64,000 bases of DNA from a virus (Duplodnaviria; Caudoviricetes): the IMG/VR virus record IMGVR_UViG_3300042256_000025. One strand, given 5' to 3'. Below, piece after piece: positions 60,634 through 64,000 of the stretch (its first letter is position 1; each line of letters begins with the position of its first letter). The notes under the pieces were generated by a model. The model made no database searches, had not been told where the DNA came from, and saw only the letters and a program-made list of their open reading frames with translations. The translations under genes were made by a program, and so were the position numbers.

Positions 60634-61571
60634 ACCGACACCTTCGCTTTAATCGCCGGATGCGGATTGTAATCTTCCAGAATAAAGTCTTCGTATTTAT
60701 AATCGAAGATTGAATCGGGCTTACGGGCAAACCGCATCTTGGGTAAAGGTCTAGGATTCCGACTGAGTTGCTCCTGTACAATGGTGGGGTCCTGGAGGTG
60801 GTCCTGATACAGGTGCGTGTCGCCTGTAACGTGGATGTACTCGCCAAGCTCTAGGTCACACTGCTGTGCAATCATCATCGTCAATAATGCGTAAGAGGCG
60901 ATATTAAACGGTGCGCCGAGTTGGCTATCACAGCTGCGCTGCAGCATCATGCAGCTTAGTTTGCCATTCTGTACGTAGAACTGAAAAAACGTATGACACG
61001 CTGGCAGAGCAGCCTTACCATTACGGACATTGTCCTGAGGGGATATAGATTCATCTGGCAGATCCGCCGGGTTCCAGGCACTAACAATGATGCGTCTGGA
61101 GTTAGGGTTCGTCTTCAACGTATCGATAACATTTTGAATCTGATTAATGGTACGTCTAACTACCGCTATCGGATGTCCAGTGACCTCATCCAACACTAGG
61201 CCGTGGTACGTGTATCCCTGCTCAAGGTACCTGGCAATCCCCTCAGGGCTAATCATTTTGGTATCGTCCCAGCTCACCCACTGCTTGGAGTAGATTGGTC
61301 CTAGGCGACCATCCTCCAGTGCCCATTCATCCCAAATGCGTACACCGTTCTCTTTCAGGGTATTGTTGTTGGTATCGCCGGAGAGGAACCACAAAAGTTC
61401 ATGGATGATCGACTTGAGGTGCACTTTCTTGGTGGTCAGGAGCGGAAAACCTTCGTTCAAATCAAACCGCATCATGCGGCCAAACACTGAGCGAGTACCC
61501 GTGCCGGTACGATCACCCTTATCAGTGCCGTTATCCAAAATGTCTTGAAGTTGATCTAGATACTGTTGCAT
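60630..61571 (-). CDS. thyA: thymidylate synthase
   Basis: [32 protein letters not shown]...PFNIASY. Confidence 0.96.
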   Translation of the reverse strand: MQQYLDQLQDILDNGTDKGDRTGTGTRSVFGRMMRFDLNEGFPLLTTKKVHLKSIIHELLWFLSGDTNNNTLKENGVRIWDEWALEDGRLGPIYSKQWVSWDDTKMISPEGIARYLEQGYTYHGLVLDEVTGHPIAVVRRTINQIQNVIDTLKTNPNSRRIIVSAWNPADLPDESISPQDNVRNGKAALPACHTFFQFYVQNGKLSCMMLQRSCDSQLGAPFNIASYALLTMMIAQQCDLELGEYIHVTGDTHLYQDHLQDPTIVQEQLSRNPRPLPKMRFARKPDSIFDYKYEDFILEDYNPHPAIKAKVSV

Positions 61572-61626
61572 TGTTTAACTCTCCATCGCGGTTAATGGCT
61601 TGGGCGTGTGCGCCATCAGGGCGCTG

Positions 61627-62085
61627 CTATAGTTTATCCCGTACTTCCTCACTATCGTAAACGGGTAGGCAATATCGACATTTCTTGTCTAGACTGTATG
61701 CCCAGGTTTTACCGCCATCACATGTACATTTATACCCGTATACATGGGGCGGAGATTCATTTGAAACCCATATGTTAAAGTAGTCTCTAGGCGGACTAGA
61801 GTGCGTGTCCAGACGCACCATCATCTCCCGATACCAAATCATCATGGCCAGATTGCCAACGTCGAGCATGTCGCCTTTCTCAACATGGTCAACTAGCATT
61901 TCTTTTAACTGATCGATCGTAACTTGGTTCGGATCGTTCCAGCCCCTGCGACCTTCGTTTTGTTTTTTGGCTAGCTTAAGTTTCAAAGCCCCTGCGAACC
62001 AGTCCACATACGCTGCATCGGATCGATGCGGCGCGTGTTCTGGTTCTGTGGTAACGGATGTATTTACCGTAGGTATATCTTTCAT
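61627..62085 (-). CDS. hypothetical protein with a common phage helical domain and Cys-rich C-terminus
   Basis: KLKLAKK..EGRRGWND...HVEKGDMLDVGNLAMM, then CxC...CxxC. Confidence 0.65.
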   Translation of the reverse strand: MKDIPTVNTSVTTEPEHAPHRSDAAYVDWFAGALKLKLAKKQNEGRRGWNDPNQVTIDQLKEMLVDHVEKGDMLDVGNLAMMIWYREMMVRLDTHSSPPRDYFNIWVSNESPPHVYGYKCTCDGGKTWAYSLDKKCRYCLPVYDSEEVRDKL

Positions 62086-62114
62086 ACTAAATCCTAAGAC
62101 TGAATGGACGTTAA

Positions 62115-62618
62115 TTAAAGACCAATGATGGGGATTATTTTATTACCGTGTAGCCATTCAAACAAATGGGTCTGTGTAGCCCGCCAGCGCGGAGGCACGT
62201 ATTCAGAATCATCAATCACAATCGCCTTTATGTTCGAAAATCGCTCACGCAGGTCACTGTCTTTACCCGCCAGCAGACGTTTTATATCTGACCACTTATA
62301 GGCGTTACCGGTAGTTACCCCCTTCTCTTTTAATCGTTCGGACAAAACGGTTAACATTTTAGCATTACGAACGATGGCTACGACATCGGGCCTAGACGAC
62401 AGTGTATCCACCAGCCAGCTAGTCTTGCCCACTTGTCTGGGTAACAGGCATTTGGTAAACATCATTGACGCCATGCACTCCGCTGGAGTAAAGAGACCGT
62501 GCCCTAGGCTATTAACTGTCTTTTTCATTGAGGGATGACCCGCATAGGTCAGTGCGGCGTCAAGGTGATTGTTTAGCGTGCGATAGGTAAGCTTACCAAT
62601 ATGTGTATGTGTATCCAT
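62115..62618 (-). CDS. small P-loop protein
   Basis: PRQVGKT Walker A-like and IVIDD Walker B-like motifs. Confidence 0.6.
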   Translation of the reverse strand: MDTHTHIGKLTYRTLNNHLDAALTYAGHPSMKKTVNSLGHGLFTPAECMASMMFTKCLLPRQVGKTSWLVDTLSSRPDVVAIVRNAKMLTVLSERLKEKGVTTGNAYKWSDIKRLLAGKDSDLRERFSNIKAIVIDDSEYVPPRWRATQTHLFEWLHGNKIIPIIGL

Positions 62619-62777
62619 CTTTATTATGCCTCGCTGACTGTAGGATGTTTCTCACTACCCTTTCTTAGGTATTTGATCGGTAGGTGGCGTAAAAAGAAAT
62701 AAAGATACACACCGCCCTTTTGCAGGGCGGTATGCAGTGACGCGTTTATGTCATGTAACCTTTTGTACGTAGTCCTC

Positions 62778-63017
62778 TTAGAAGGTCCCTCTAATTGATC
62801 TGGGGATACCGTCGCGCCACTCCTGTTTAGCGGCGCTAATGTATTCTTCGGGGATGTCGAATATCTCTGCCGGATAGATGGCCTCCATACCTTCAATGCG
62901 AACATAGGCCTTCTGCATGTCGGACCAATACAAGTGAGTGATGTTGTAAGGCTGACCGGCCACAACATCAACATCGGTGGCATTGGGGGTAAGAGTAAGG
63001 GTCGGTAAAATACGCAT
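62778..63017 (-). CDS. hypothetical protein
   Basis: 79 aa, AAGAGGA RBS. Confidence 0.7.
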   Translation of the reverse strand: MRILPTLTLTPNATDVDVVAGQPYNITHLYWSDMQKAYVRIEGMEAIYPAEIFDIPEEYISAAKQEWRDGIPRSIRGTF

Positions 63018-63042
63018 GTAAACATCCTCTTAATGGAATAGA

Positions 63043-63078
63043 CATTCCCTACCCTAGCCTAGGCTAGGGTAGGGAATG
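63043..63078. repeat. perfect 36-bp palindrome
   Basis: cattccctaccctagcct/aggctagggtagggaatg. Confidence 0.85.
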
Positions 63079-63150
63079 AGAGCGTTGGTAGACGTGTGGA
63101 CGAGTGGTGTCCACTATGTCCTCTTAGAAGGTCGCTCAATTAATATAAAG

Positions 63151-63178
63151 ATTGTGTTAAAATTAATTTTAACACAAT
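63151..63178. promoter_or_regulatory. perfect 28-bp AT-rich palindrome, operator-like
   Basis: attgtgttaaaatt/aattttaacacaat beside a TATATTAA promoter variant on the minus strand. Confidence 0.5.
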
Positions 63179-63257
63179 ACCTAAAGTACCGAGTATGAAT
63201 ATACGCTACTGCATGTATGGTTATTATGCTAAGTGCATACTACCACTACTATACTCA

Positions 63258-63662
63258 TTACCCACTAAACATATTAGGAGGATCTTTCTTTATTCTTCTA
63301 ATAGGCAATACCAAGTAACGATTGCTCTTGTTGTTGTTGTGCCAATTCCCATTGCTGAAGTTCATAGCCCAGGAGGATACCTCGTTGCACTCTGAAGAAG
63401 ACCATACGTATGTTGTTGGAAGGGATGGCACTACACTCTTATTCTTATAGAGAATAGTTAGTGTATCAATATCTGGTACCTCATGCCAGATTTCTTTACA
63501 GTAGCTCGACCAATCATTCCAGGCAAACTCTTCCCATAGTGATGGGTTAGCTAATACTAACCAGTAACCCTTGTCCACACCGAATACAACCCCTCCATCA
63601 GGAAGGACATCACCTACCTTTAAATCACTCATAACTATACCTTCTTTTTTGCTAATGTACAT
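63258..63662 (-). CDS. stand-alone CLec-fold / DUF1566-like protein, candidate DGR target
   Basis: YC...P...L..LYKNK...YVWSSSE...W.MNFSNG......K...VLPIRRI; alternative start at 63632. Confidence 0.75.
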   Translation of the reverse strand: MYISKKEGIVMSDLKVGDVLPDGGVVFGVDKGYWLVLANPSLWEEFAWNDWSSYCKEIWHEVPDIDTLTILYKNKSVVPSLPTTYVWSSSECNEVSSWAMNFSNGNWHNNNKSNRYLVLPIRRIKKDPPNMFSG

Positions 63663-64000
63663 TAGTTTTGTATATGAATTCTCTTAAATGGCACTACCCA
63701 GTGACTGTAGTACTTGTAGTGGTTGTACCAATTCCCATTGCTGAAGACAAGCACCCAGGCGACGTAGGCATTACACTCGGAAGAGGACCAGACGCCCGTC
63801 GTGGAGGAGCCGGGTGCAGTGCCGGATTGGATAGCGGAGAGTGTGGCCCCGCCTCCACTAGTATCGGCTGCATCGATCTGAGTCCGGTTATTGTAGATAA
63901 GCTGCAAATCCTTAGCATTGGGTAGGTCGTACCCTAGACTACGGCAGTACTCTGCAGCGGTAGCCCCAATATTACCCTGTCCATCGTTAATGGAGTTATA
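63662..64000 (-). CDS. CLec-fold / DUF1566-like protein, candidate DGR target, 5' part beyond the window
   Basis: Frame open from 64000: YNSINDGQGNIGATAAEYCRSLGYDLPNAKDLQLIYNNR...VWSSSECNAYVAWVLVFSNGNWYNHYKYYSHWVVPFKRI. Confidence 0.78.
   Translation of the reverse strand, partial: YNSINDGQGNIGATAAEYCRSLGYDLPNAKDLQLIYNNRTQIDAADTSGGGATLSAIQSGTAPGSSTTGVWSSSECNAYVAWVLVFSNGNWYNHYKYYSHWVVPFKRIHIQN

Larger units (their letters stand above)
62772..63133. repeat. 16-bp direct repeat pair gtcctcttagaaggtc
   Basis: Exact copies at 62772-62787 and 63118-63133 bracketing the 79-aa ORF. Confidence 0.8.

Noticed and set aside
60630-61571. Base-modifying thymidylate synthase homologue or td-type intron
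   Set aside because: Canonical catalytic Cys and PFN Asn are present with DHFR nearby, the frame is uninterrupted, and the internal insertion is only about 30 aa.
62624-63025. 133-aa ORF overlapping the 79-aa gene
   Set aside because: Crosses a terminator (62711-62731 plus T tract); the 79-aa frame has the better RBS spacing and protein-like composition.
63291-63407. AAC-rich end of the 134-aa CLec gene as the DGR template repeat for its neighbour
   Set aside because: Many differences are at non-adenine positions of this copy (CAC/TAC, CGT/AGT, TTG/TGG, TAC/CAC) and it is the coding end of an intact gene; both look like variable regions.
1-64000. CRISPR array, tRNA or rRNA genes
   Set aside because: No regularly spaced repeats or cloverleaf signatures seen by eye; tRNAscan-SE and a CRISPR finder would confirm.
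1-64000. Stop-codon reassignment
   Set aside because: Conserved genes are full length in the standard code and TAA, TAG and TGA all end genes; the two premature RNAP stops are explained by introns.

Overview
A 64-kb piece of a phiKZ-like jumbo myophage genome (Chimalliviridae-type), standard genetic code, densely coding. Core late and virion genes: large terminase, three conserved virion proteins, tail sheath and tube, prohead protease, three virion RNA polymerase (vRNAP) subunits, a 2733-aa tape-measure-like protein and internal head proteins. Also present are repair/recombination genes (SbcC/Rad50, UvsX/RecA, RNase H), nucleotide metabolism genes (dCMP deaminase, DHFR, thymidylate synthase, NUDIX) and many small accessory ORFs, several behind a CCTATATTAC early-promoter motif. 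phiKZ gp numbers are from my recollection of motifs and synteny, not a database search. Features the ORF track misses: (1) two group I introns, in the vRNAP beta and beta-prime genes, one carrying an HNH endonuclease inside its P1 loop; (2) two tandem CLec/DUF1566 genes at the right edge whose 3' ends show a diversity-generating retroelement (DGR) style codon pattern, with no reverse transcriptase or template repeat in the window; (3) a 40-aa leader ORF with an RGPP ribosome-arrest-like motif; (4) a palindrome-dense 630-bp non-coding region; (5) an M23 peptidase in the tape-measure protein; (6) several unannotated mini-ORFs. No tRNA, rRNA or CRISPR array was seen. Nucleus genes (chmA, phuZ) are not in this window.
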